Positions 46,735 to 55,024 of a stretch of DNA of 64,000 nucleotides are shown here, in pieces. Each line of letters opens with the position of its first letter. The first letter of the stretch is position 1. Under the pieces are notes generated by a model. That model was not told the DNA's origin, did no database searches, and was given only the letters and a program-made list of their open reading frames with translations. Origin of the DNA: Candidatus Sericytochromatia bacterium (GTDB taxonomy: Bacteria > Cyanobacteriota > Sericytochromatia > S15B-MN24 > UBA4093); contig JAKFBU010000038.1 in the NCBI GenBank assembly GCA_036676985.1, forward strand, positions 128,001 through 192,000, in the 5' to 3' direction. Both the position numbers and the translations under genes were made by a program.

Positions 46735-47463
46735 CTAGAACCCGACCATGGAGACCGAGGCGATGGCCCCCGACGTCTCGCGGTTGAAGCCGCCGCCCAC
46801 GGCCCGTTCGTAAAAGTAGCCGATGGAGGCCCGGTCGTTCCAGAGCGTGAAGCGAGGCGCCACCCGGAAGGTCACGAGCCACGGCAGGGAGAGCCGCTGG
46901 TCCCCGAAGTTGCTGAAGGCGTAGGGAGAGGCCTCGGCGTCGATGGCCAGGCCGAACGGGCCCGCGATTGGCATCCGGTAGCCGCAGAGGAGGGTGAAGC
47001 CGTGGTGTGCCTGCCAGGGAGCGAACAAGAAGGCCGGATCGTTGCCGGGTGCCTTCGCTGAGCTGTCGATGGTCAGGGCCTGCACGCCGTAACCGAGGCC
47101 GTAGCTCAGCTGACCGGCGAGAAAGCCCATGCGCTGGAGGTTGGCCACCAGCACGCCGGTCTCGCTGCGCTGGTGGATGGTGCCCGGGAAGTCCTGGTCG
47201 GCGAGCTGGTAGCTGCCGCGCGTCACGCGCAGGAAGAACTGGTTCTCGTCGTCGTAGCGCCAGCGCCAGTCGAGCACGTAGCGTTCGACGCCGGTCGCGC
47301 GGGAGTCGAGGCTCTCGGGGGCGTAGGTCTCGGCGAAGCCCCCCCGCGTCAGGCCGAACAGCAAATCGCTCGGCGCCTTGAGGGCCGGGGCCGCATGGGC
47401 CGACGGCGCCAGGGCCGAGACGGCCAGGGCGATGAGCGGCAAGCTTGAGGCGAAGCGACGCAC
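46735..47463 (-). CDS. Cassette B gene 3: predicted outer-membrane beta-barrel protein
   Basis: GTG start with RBS AGGAG; signal ending AHA; DQDFPGTIHQRSET, YERAVGGGFNRE; C-terminal Phe. Confidence 0.7.
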   Translation of the reverse strand: MRRFASSLPLIALAVSALAPSAHAAPALKAPSDLLFGLTRGGFAETYAPESLDSRATGVERYVLDWRWRYDDENQFFLRVTRGSYQLADQDFPGTIHQRSETGVLVANLQRMGFLAGQLSYGLGYGVQALTIDSSAKAPGNDPAFLFAPWQAHHGFTLLCGYRMPIAGPFGLAIDAEASPYAFSNFGDQRLSLPWLVTFRVAPRFTLWNDRASIGYFYERAVGGGFNRETSGAIASVSMVGF

Positions 47464-47473
47464 GGTAAGGCTC

Positions 47474-48856
47474 CTAAAAGGTCGGTTGCGGGCGGTAGAC
47501 CCGGATGCAGTGGTTCCGGGTGTCCGAGAGGTAGAGGCGATCGCCGCGGACGGCGATGCCGCCGGGGTAATTGAAGCGGGCGTTCGCAGGGCTGCCGTCG
47601 ACGTAGCCCGCGGTGGTGCTGAACTTGGTGCCGACCATCCCTGCGGCCGTGATGGTGCGGAGCGTGTTGTTGCCGCTGTCGCCCACCAGGAGGTCGCCCA
47701 GGGCGTCGAACGCCATGCCGCCGAAGTAGTTGAACTGGGCCGCGGTGCCCAGACCGTCCTGGTAGCCGAACGACGACCCCGCGAAGGTCGTGACGGTCGA
47801 GCCGACCGTGATCTTGCGGATCCGGCGGCTGAAGATGTCCGCGACGAACAGCTCGCCGAGACCGTTGATGGCGAGTTTCCGGGGGCCGTTGAACAGCGCG
47901 GAACTCGTGGTGCCATCCTGGTTCCCGCCCGTTTCCTGTCCGGCGAAGACCGTGACCGCTCCGGCTCGGGTCATGCGGCGGATGCGGTTGTTGGTCATGT
48001 CGGCGATGTAGAGGTCGCCGTTGGCAGCCAAGGCCAGCCCGGACGGGTTGTTGAAGAGGGCGCCGGGACCCGTGCCGTCGCTGAAACCCGCGACGCTCGG
48101 AGAGCCCGCGGGCGTCGTGACGTTGCCGGTGGCCAGGTCGATGCGCCGGATGGCGTGGTTCGAGGCGTCGGCGACGTACAGGCTGTTGATTGCCGCGTCG
48201 TAGACGAGGTCCTGCGGATAGGTGAAGCGCGCGGCCGCCCCCACGCCGTCCGAGAAGCCGAAGGCGCCGTTGCCCGCCAGCGTCGTGACGGTGCCGTCCG
48301 GCGTCACCTTGCGGATGGAGTGGTTGCCGTAGTCCGCGACGTACAGGTTGCCGATGTCGTCGAAGGCGAGCCCGTTGGGCTCGTTGAAGCGCGCCGCCGC
48401 GCCGAGGCCGTTGGCGAAGCCGCTGGTGCCGTTGCCGGCGAGCGTCATGACCAGGTCGTCGCCGGGCGTGAGGCTGATGCCCAGGGCGTTCGGTCCGGGC
48501 ATGAGCGTGGCGGTCGCCGTGCCGCTCGCCACCGGAAGGCCGCGGGCGCGGACCTGCACCGAGATGGTGGCGGGGCCGGGCGGCACCAGGAACTCGACCT
48601 GCAGGCTGGAGGTCGCCGTCGCGACGCTCCGGGTCTGGGGCGCGCGCAGCTTGGCGGACTCCACCGTGACGTCCGCCTGGTCCCAGAAGTCCGGCAGGAG
48701 CTGGACCCGGCGCGGCGCCTCCACGCCCACCCGGAGGGTGGCCTGGTAGAGGTCCACGCCCCGGGCGGCCCGGTGCTCAGGGTCGAGGGCTGCGGGCTGC
48801 GCAGCGGCGCAGCCCGCCAGGAGCAGCGCGACGAAGGCGAGGGCTGGGCGCCGCAT
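47474..48856 (-). CDS. Cassette B gene 2: NHL-repeat beta-propeller lipoprotein
   Basis: Lipobox LAGC; RRVQLLPDFW; six NHL-type blades. Confidence 0.88.
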   Translation of the reverse strand: MRRPALAFVALLLAGCAAAQPAALDPEHRAARGVDLYQATLRVGVEAPRRVQLLPDFWDQADVTVESAKLRAPQTRSVATATSSLQVEFLVPPGPATISVQVRARGLPVASGTATATLMPGPNALGISLTPGDDLVMTLAGNGTSGFANGLGAAARFNEPNGLAFDDIGNLYVADYGNHSIRKVTPDGTVTTLAGNGAFGFSDGVGAAARFTYPQDLVYDAAINSLYVADASNHAIRRIDLATGNVTTPAGSPSVAGFSDGTGPGALFNNPSGLALAANGDLYIADMTNNRIRRMTRAGAVTVFAGQETGGNQDGTTSSALFNGPRKLAINGLGELFVADIFSRRIRKITVGSTVTTFAGSSFGYQDGLGTAAQFNYFGGMAFDALGDLLVGDSGNNTLRTITAAGMVGTKFSTTAGYVDGSPANARFNYPGGIAVRGDRLYLSDTRNHCIRVYRPQPTF

Positions 48857-48859
48857 CGG

Positions 48860-49843
48860 CTAGGGGTGCTCCGACCCCACGGAGAGAATCGCGGGACCCG
48901 TCCGGACGCGCGCGGGTCTTGCCGCCGGGGCCACGTAGGCCGCGGCCGAGGGGGACGGCAGCGGGTTCAGGTCCACGCCCAGACCCGCGCCGCGCAGCAC
49001 CAGGATGTTGCGGGTCTTGGTGGCGATGACCTCGTCGCTGGCGTTGAGCCCCACGACCGTCACGCGCTGGATGGCCTCGTTGGTGCCCGCGGGCAAGGCC
49101 GGCAAAGTCAGGATCTGCTGGGGGCTCGTGGCGGACACCGAGCTCGTGGCGAGCAGGAGGGTACCGCTGAGCGAGCGGAGCTCGGTGTAGTACTTGTCGA
49201 AGCGCTGGGAGGCGGGCACGTCGGCGGGGGTGTTCGGGAAGTTGGGCGAAACCTCCACCGCGGAGTCCGCGAGCAGCTCGGGGTAGCCGAGCGAGGCGCT
49301 TGCCAGGAGCGAGGTGCCGATGCCCGTGATGTAGTCCGCGTTGTAGAAGGAGATGGTGCCGACCGTGTTCACGTAGATCGAGACGGTGGCGACGCTGCCG
49401 GGCAGCACGCTGATGCTCTCCGAGGCGCCCTGGCCGAGCACGATCGACTGGCTCGCGATGGTGACCATGAGCTGGTAGTCGCTCGCCGGAGGCAGCTGGC
49501 CGAGTGCGTCGGTGGCATAGGTGCTTTGACGTGCGGCCGTGAAGCCGGGATTGCCGAAGGCGATGCTCGCCGAGCGGGCGGCACGAAGCTTGCTCGAGCT
49601 GAGGCGCAGGCGCACCTCGTCCCAATCGTCGGCGAGGCCCAGGGCCTGCGTGCTGCGTCCTTCGCGCCGGTCGATGACCTGCAGGGCGATCTGGCCCAGG
49701 CCGTCCGGCCGCTCGAACAGGGTCACCTTGCCGGTCCGCTCGGCCGGTACGGAAGCGACCTCGGGCGGCTGGACGCAGCCCGCCATGATCACGAGCGAGG
49801 CGGCGATCGCCGAAAGCCCCATCCAGGCACGCGTCACACGCAT
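48860..49843 (-). CDS. Cassette B gene 1: two-domain beta-rich lipoprotein (pilin-like)
   Basis: Lipobox MAGC; RSTQ; LGQG...YVNTVG. Confidence 0.8.
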   Translation of the reverse strand: MRVTRAWMGLSAIAASLVIMAGCVQPPEVASVPAERTGKVTLFERPDGLGQIALQVIDRREGRSTQALGLADDWDEVRLRLSSSKLRAARSASIAFGNPGFTAARQSTYATDALGQLPPASDYQLMVTIASQSIVLGQGASESISVLPGSVATVSIYVNTVGTISFYNADYITGIGTSLLASASLGYPELLADSAVEVSPNFPNTPADVPASQRFDKYYTELRSLSGTLLLATSSVSATSPQQILTLPALPAGTNEAIQRVTVVGLNASDEVIATKTRNILVLRGAGLGVDLNPLPSPSAAAYVAPAARPARVRTGPAILSVGSEHP

Positions 49844-49883
49844 GACATCAACCTCTTCACGACAACAGGGATCCATGACCTCC

Positions 49884-49909
49884 ATACCCACGCTTGGCGG
49901 GTTCCATGC
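49884..49909 (-). promoter_or_regulatory. Putative SigB/SigF-type promoter of cassette B
   Basis: GCAT-N16-GGGTAT; shares CCAAGCG with the cassette C promoter just before the -10 box. Confidence 0.4.
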
Positions 49910-49945
49910 CCGCCGCTGGGTGAAGAATCTTGTCGTTGCGCGGAA

Positions 49946-51034
49946 TTAGTTGAAGGTCACGTCCAACCCGTCGGCGGGCGTCGGCGACGGCAGGGGCGGC
50001 AGCACGGGCAGGGAGCCCCCGATGGAGTCGCCCTCGCTCTTGGCGAGCGGCAGGTCCACCTGCTGGGCGATGGCCTCGAAGAAGCTCTGGGTCGAGCCGA
50101 CCACGGGCGGCGAGGTCAGCGTCGAGAGGCGCTCGATCATCTGGCCCAGGAGGGCCGCGTTCAGCCCCGGGGCCTCCGCTGCGAGGCTGTCGGTGGCGAG
50201 CGCCTCCATGGCGAGCTTCCTGACCTGGAAGGTCATGACCGCCGAGGCGGTGGCGGTGTCGCTCGTCAGCCCGTCGAAGGTCGTGGCCTGGTTCAACGTC
50301 CGGCTCTGGTCCAGGAGGGAGGCGGCCGACTGCAGCTTGGCGGGCGGGATGGTGCTCACCATGGCGGCCAGTCGCTGGCTCTTGATGCCGACGAAGCCCG
50401 TGCGCAGGTCGAAGGTGGGATAGGCCTCCGTCAGGAGCACGCTCGAGAAGGCGACCATGGTCGTGCCGGGCGTAAGGTCCACCCGGGCACGCTTGCCGCC
50501 GACCGTCGAGACGTCGACGCCCAATGGAGCGGCCAGGAAGCCCACCACCTGGTTCAGCTGGTTGCGCAGGACGGTCTGGGCGATGTAGGGGCGCTCGGTG
50601 CCCTTGAAGACGAGGCGGGCGGAGTACTGACCCGTCGGATCGGTGGAGGCCGTGGCCGCCACCTCGCCCGTCGTCACGTCCACGAACTGGATTTGGGCCT
50701 CGCGCACGGTCCCCGGTCCGAAGCCCAGGGCCTGCGTCTGCCGCAGGCTGGTGGTGCCGTAGACGTGCACGCCGGCCATGGGCGCCACGGCCATGAGGGG
50801 CGAGAGCGAGGTCAGCGCCGGCAGCTCATGCAGGGCTCGGCCCGTGGTCAAGGTCTGGGGCAGCCGGATCTGGCCCTCGACGTTGAAGATGCGGTCGGTG
50901 GCCACGTCGCTGACCGACTGGCCATTACCGGTCAGGCCGCCGAGCGCACTGGTGAAGCCGTAGACGCTGCACCCCGCGAGGGGGACGACGGTCGCGAGGA
51001 ACAGGGAGAGGCGGAGCGTCGTGCGTCGGGTCAT
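49946..51034 (-). CDS. Cassette A gene 4: lipoprotein with degenerate hexapeptide repeats
   Basis: Lipobox LAGC; GFLAAPLG, KSQRLA; ATGA coupling to the upstream gene. Confidence 0.8.
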   Translation of the reverse strand: MTRRTTLRLSLFLATVVPLAGCSVYGFTSALGGLTGNGQSVSDVATDRIFNVEGQIRLPQTLTTGRALHELPALTSLSPLMAVAPMAGVHVYGTTSLRQTQALGFGPGTVREAQIQFVDVTTGEVAATASTDPTGQYSARLVFKGTERPYIAQTVLRNQLNQVVGFLAAPLGVDVSTVGGKRARVDLTPGTTMVAFSSVLLTEAYPTFDLRTGFVGIKSQRLAAMVSTIPPAKLQSAASLLDQSRTLNQATTFDGLTSDTATASAVMTFQVRKLAMEALATDSLAAEAPGLNAALLGQMIERLSTLTSPPVVGSTQSFFEAIAQQVDLPLAKSEGDSIGGSLPVLPPLPSPTPADGLDVTFN

Positions 51035-51396
51035 GGCGTCGCCTCGGGTTGCTGGGGCACGACCCGCTGGTAGGCGTCCCAGGGACTCCAGAGGCCGATG
51101 CCGACCAATCCGATGCCGCCGACCAGGCGCAGGGTGCCGTCCGGCTGGCTCGCTCCGAAGTGGGTGGCCGCGAGGCACGCAGCACCGAAGCCGAGGTGCG
51201 CGAGGCCCTTGAGCCACTCGCCCTGGATCACCTGTCCTGAGCCCGGAACGAGGAGCGAGGTCACCACCGGGATGTACTGGGGCCACTCGACGGTCTGCTG
51301 CTGGGGCACCGAGGGGGTGGGGGCCAGTTCGTACGACGGGGCCACCGGTCCGGTCGCGAGCGCGAGCGTGGTGGCAGCGGCTAACGTGAGCACCAT
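51031..51396 (-). CDS. Small membrane protein unique to cassette A
   Basis: RBS GGAGG; SLLVPGSGQ...KG motif, hydrophobic helices, WDAY. Confidence 0.7.
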   Translation of the reverse strand: MVLTLAAATTLALATGPVAPSYELAPTPSVPQQQTVEWPQYIPVVTSLLVPGSGQVIQGEWLKGLAHLGFGAACLAATHFGASQPDGTLRLVGGIGLVGIGLWSPWDAYQRVVPQQPEATP

Positions 51397-51404
51397 GGTC
51401 CCTC

Positions 51405-52544
51405 CTAGAAGCCCGAGAAACTCATCCCGAGCGTGACTCCGCTGGACTCGCGGTTGAAGGAAGATCCCACCGTCCGCTCGTAGAAGTAGCCCAGCGACAG
51501 GCGCTCGTCGGAAAAGAGATACAGCCTCGGCTCGACCCGCAGCGCGGTGAGCCAGGGCATGGTCACGCCCCCGTCCACATGGGCGAAGACGTACGGCGAC
51601 CACCCCAGCTCGAGGCCGAGGCCCAGGGGGCCCATGACCAGGCCCGAGAACGTCTGGCGCAGGCTCGGCCCGTGCATGGCCTGGTAGCCCGCGAAGAAGA
51701 AGGTGGGGCTCTGGGCCGTGGCGCTGTTCTGGACCTGCGTCAGGGAGGTCGCATAGCCGAAGCCGGAGCTCGCCTCGACGGGCCCCAGGTCGTAGCGGCG
51801 AGCGACCGACAGCTCGAGAGTCGTCTCGACGCGCTGGTGGTCGACGCCCGCGTAGTCCGGGTCCTCGTAAACGTAGCCGCCGCGCCCGAGGCGCAGGGGC
51901 AGACTGTACTCGCCGTAGGTGGGTTCCCAGGTGGCCTTGAAGCGGCCCACGCCTTGCGCACCGCCCGAGAGGCCTTCCGGCGAGAACTGCTCGGTGGTGG
52001 GGCCGGTGCTGAAACCGAGGCGCACGCCGGGCAGGTCCCAGTCGCGCTTCATGTCGCCCACCGAGTAGGAGGGCAGGTTGCTGCCGTCCCGGGGCACGAC
52101 GCTGATGCGCTGGGTGACGTTCTTGGGGCGCGCCACGACGTACTTGGGGTCCTTGGGCAGGATCAAGAAGCGCATGCCATGCCCGTGATACGAGAGGTCC
52201 GGCTCGGCCGTGAGGGGCACGTTGCCCTCGATGACCAGGTGGATGCCCCGGATCTGGGGGTCGTAGGCCGCCACCAGGGCGCGGATGAGGGGCGATCGCT
52301 CGATCTTGTCGTACCACTCGGCAAACGGGAAGTCCACGCGCGGCACGTCGATGACGAGGCTCTGGCCCCGCGACGAGATGGTCGTGATGGACGGCCGGGG
52401 GCCGTCGAAGGGCAGGTAGAGGGCGTTTTCGGCGGGCTCGAAGCGCAGCTCGTTGATCTGCAGCTCAGGGGCCGCTTCCGGCGCCGCCACAGCCGGGCCG
52501 CCGACGGCCAGTAGACAGAGGGTCAGGGCGATCAGGCGCTTCAT
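51405..52544 (-). CDS. Cassette A gene 3: outer-membrane beta-barrel with an extra N-terminal AMIN-like domain
   Basis: Signal peptide; AMIN-like segment (LVIDVP...IHLVIE); barrel homologous to the paralogs; C-terminal SFSGF. Confidence 0.7.
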   Translation of the reverse strand: MKRLIALTLCLLAVGGPAVAAPEAAPELQINELRFEPAENALYLPFDGPRPSITTISSRGQSLVIDVPRVDFPFAEWYDKIERSPLIRALVAAYDPQIRGIHLVIEGNVPLTAEPDLSYHGHGMRFLILPKDPKYVVARPKNVTQRISVVPRDGSNLPSYSVGDMKRDWDLPGVRLGFSTGPTTEQFSPEGLSGGAQGVGRFKATWEPTYGEYSLPLRLGRGGYVYEDPDYAGVDHQRVETTLELSVARRYDLGPVEASSGFGYATSLTQVQNSATAQSPTFFFAGYQAMHGPSLRQTFSGLVMGPLGLGLELGWSPYVFAHVDGGVTMPWLTALRVEPRLYLFSDERLSLGYFYERTVGSSFNRESSGVTLGMSFSGF

Positions 52545-53983
52545 TGGGCGCTCCGGATCCGGTGGCCGTTGGTACCCGACTCGGAGACGAAGAGCGAGCC
52601 GCCTGCGCCCGAGAGCCCCAGGCCCGCGGGCGCGAACAACGAGGCCTGCTGGGCGCCCTGGCCGTCACCCGCATAGGCGGACGTGCCGTTGCCGAAGACC
52701 GTGGCGATCATGCCGTTGCCGAGCGTGATGGCACGGACGACGTAGGCTCCCGTGTCCAGGACGAAGAGACGCCCGCCATCGGTGCTGTCGAAAGCAAGGG
52801 CGGCCGGGGCCTTGAAGCTTGCGCTCGCAGCGAGGGTCCCGTCGCCCGCCGAGGCGTCCGTTCCAGTGCCTGCGAGGGTCGAGGTCGTACCGCTGCCGAG
52901 CGTCACCCGGCGGATCTTGCGGTTGCCGGTATCGGCCACGTAGAGGTAGGTCCCCGTGTCGTCGATGGCGAGGCCCTGGGGGGAGTTGAGCTGGACGCTC
53001 GTGCCCATGGCCGTACCGCTGGTGTCGCCCGCGGTCCCCGTCCCCACGATCACGTTCGGAGTGCCCGCCATGATCGAGGGCGCATCGATCGAGACGACCG
53101 TATGGTTGGAAAGCGCAACGTACAGCGCGTCACGGCTCGGATCGTAGGCGAGCGCCTGGGGCTGGGCGGCCAGGAGCAGCGTCGTGCCCGAGACCGTCGG
53201 CGCGGTGCCGAGGCTCGTGACGAAGCGGATCCGCTGGTTGCTCGTGTCCGCGATGAACAGCACGTCCCGGTCGGCGTCGTAGGCCAGGGCCGATGGGTTG
53301 TCCAGGGTAGCCGAGGTGCCGTCGCCCACCAAGGTGGTGACGGTGGTCTGGGCGGCGTCGATCTTGCGCACCCGGTCGTTGCCCGCGTCGCAGATGTACA
53401 TGGACCCGTCGCCGCCGAAGGCGATGCCCTTGGGGCCGTTGAAGCCGGCCGCGGCCGGGACGCCCGCGTCACCGGCGAAGGTGGCCGTTCCCGCCGCGTT
53501 GGCGAGCGTTCCCGCCGTCCACTCGGGCAGGGTCCGCAGGGTGATGGTCGCGCCCGTGCTCGAGCCGGCCGCCAGGTCGACGGAGGCGTAGCCGACGGCG
53601 TTGCGCACCGAGTTGTTGTAGGTGCTGGCAAAGAGGGAATAGCTGCCCGCCCGTGCCGAGGAGAAGAGGGTGGTCGTCGTCGAGGCCGAGCCGCCGCCGA
53701 TGTCGTTGAAGGAGGCCTTGGCGATGGTCTCGGTGCGATCGCCCGTCAGCAACGTCGGGTTCGACAGCGTGAACCGGGCGGCGGTCCAGGTGTTGGGAAC
53801 CGTCTGCACCGTTCGGCCGTGCGAGACCAGCCGAACCCGCAGGCCGCCCGACGCGAGCGGCCCGTCGAGGTCGAAGGGCCCTGTCGTCGGAGCAGTCGGC
53901 GACGCTGCGACGCAGCCGGCCAGGATCAGGCCGATGCTACCTGCGGCGAGTGCCGAGTTCCAGGGATAGGGGTGCCGGGTCAT
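52541..53983 (-). CDS. Cassette A gene 2: NHL-repeat beta-propeller lipoprotein
   Basis: Lipobox LAGC; RTVQ; NHL blades (LYVADTGNRKIRRV and similar). Confidence 0.88.
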   Translation of the reverse strand: MTRHPYPWNSALAAGSIGLILAGCVAASPTAPTTGPFDLDGPLASGGLRVRLVSHGRTVQTVPNTWTAARFTLSNPTLLTGDRTETIAKASFNDIGGGSASTTTTLFSSARAGSYSLFASTYNNSVRNAVGYASVDLAAGSSTGATITLRTLPEWTAGTLANAAGTATFAGDAGVPAAAGFNGPKGIAFGGDGSMYICDAGNDRVRKIDAAQTTVTTLVGDGTSATLDNPSALAYDADRDVLFIADTSNQRIRFVTSLGTAPTVSGTTLLLAAQPQALAYDPSRDALYVALSNHTVVSIDAPSIMAGTPNVIVGTGTAGDTSGTAMGTSVQLNSPQGLAIDDTGTYLYVADTGNRKIRRVTLGSGTTSTLAGTGTDASAGDGTLAASASFKAPAALAFDSTDGGRLFVLDTGAYVVRAITLGNGMIATVFGNGTSAYAGDGQGAQQASLFAPAGLGLSGAGGSLFVSESGTNGHRIRSAQ

Positions 53984-53991
53984 CGTGGTTC

Positions 53992-54852
53992 CTAGTTCAG
54001 GGTGGCCGGGGTAATGGAAGCTCCCTTGTAGACCGTGACGGCCTTGGTCTTGTAGGCGATCTGGTTGCCGCCCGTCTGGGCGTCGTAGCCGTACACGTGG
54101 AGCGTGCCGAGGTCCTGGGTGCCCGAGGTGATGTAGGTGGGCACCGTCCAGCTGAAGGTCGTGTTGCTGCCGGCGATGGTCGTGGTCGAGAGCGTCGTGC
54201 CGCGCTGCGACAAGTTGGCGCTGCGGAACACGAGCTCGATGCGACGAACCGAGGGGTTGTTGGTCGAGGTCATGCCCGTGTCGACCGTCAGCGTGTCATT
54301 CTCGACCACCACGAAGTCCGAGACGACGTTCGAGCTGGTGCTGTTGCTGAAGGCGATGGTGCCCACCGAGTTGATCTTGATGACGGCCGTGGTGGTCGAG
54401 CCGGCGTTGAGGGTCAAGGGACCGCCGATGCCCTCGCCGCGGACGATGTTCTGGGTGAAGGTGTTCTCGCTCGCCAGGTCGCTCTGCTTGTAGAGGTCGG
54501 CCTTGAGGTAGTAGTCGGTGCCCGGGCGCAGGCCCGCGAAGGTGCTGACGTTGGTGAAGGTCTGCGAGGGGCCGATGGTCACGGAGTCGCTCGCGGTGCG
54601 GCTGGCCGTCAGCCGGGTGGCCGACGAGAGCGTGAAGCGCACGCGGTCGGCTCCCTCGAGGTCCGCGAAGTCCTGGGTGCGCTGACGCGCGTCCACCAGG
54701 CGAACGGCGAGCGTCGCCGAACCATCGGTGTTGCTGAAGAGGGGGAAATCGGTCAAGGACTGGGGTGAATTCGTAGCGGTAGACGTGCAACCGACCAGGG
54801 CCAACACGGCCAGACCAGCGGGCACGACCTTCCGAGCGAATGGGGTGTGCAT
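53992..54852 (-). CDS. Cassette A gene 1: two-domain beta-rich lipoprotein (pilin-like)
   Basis: Lipobox LVGC; QRTQ; RGEG...IKINSVG; RBS GAGGAGG. Confidence 0.8.
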   Translation of the reverse strand: MHTPFARKVVPAGLAVLALVGCTSTATNSPQSLTDFPLFSNTDGSATLAVRLVDARQRTQDFADLEGADRVRFTLSSATRLTASRTASDSVTIGPSQTFTNVSTFAGLRPGTDYYLKADLYKQSDLASENTFTQNIVRGEGIGGPLTLNAGSTTTAVIKINSVGTIAFSNSTSSNVVSDFVVVENDTLTVDTGMTSTNNPSVRRIELVFRSANLSQRGTTLSTTTIAGSNTTFSWTVPTYITSGTQDLGTLHVYGYDAQTGGNQIAYKTKAVTVYKGASITPATLN

Positions 54853-54914
54853 GAACTGAGAATCCTCCTCGCGATGTGCCCAACTACTAACGGGCAGTTG
54901 AGGTCCTAATGTGT

Positions 54915-54940
54915 CTACCCTCGCCCGACCCTTTTTAAAC
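54915..54940 (-). promoter_or_regulatory. Putative SigB/SigF-type promoter of cassette A
   Basis: GTTTAA-N14-GGGTAG, nearly matching the SigB consensus GTTTAA-N12-14-GGGTAT. Confidence 0.6.
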
Positions 54941-55024
54941 TACCGTCTAAGGAGCCAGGGAGGCCGTGATGACGGCACATCCCAGCTTGCAACCGAAAGC
55001 TGAAAATAGGGTGAACGCCAAAGA

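Noticed and set aside
47378-51073. 1231-aa plus-strand ORF, and similar long ORFs such as 59418-62213(-), 12629-14632(+), 35781-38021(+) and 39097-41316(+)
   Set aside because: Antisense or off-frame shadows of well-supported genes, expected at high GC; Arg/Gly/Ala-rich with no motifs.
41332-54852. Prophage tail locus or integrated island
   Set aside because: No integrase, capsid, terminase, att repeats or obvious composition shift; nearly all products carry lipoprotein or Sec signals.
54853-55024. Riboswitch or ncRNA in the leader of cassette A
   Set aside because: Only short alternative stems (TGCCC/GGGCA, CAACT/AGTTG) and no recognisable aptamer consensus.
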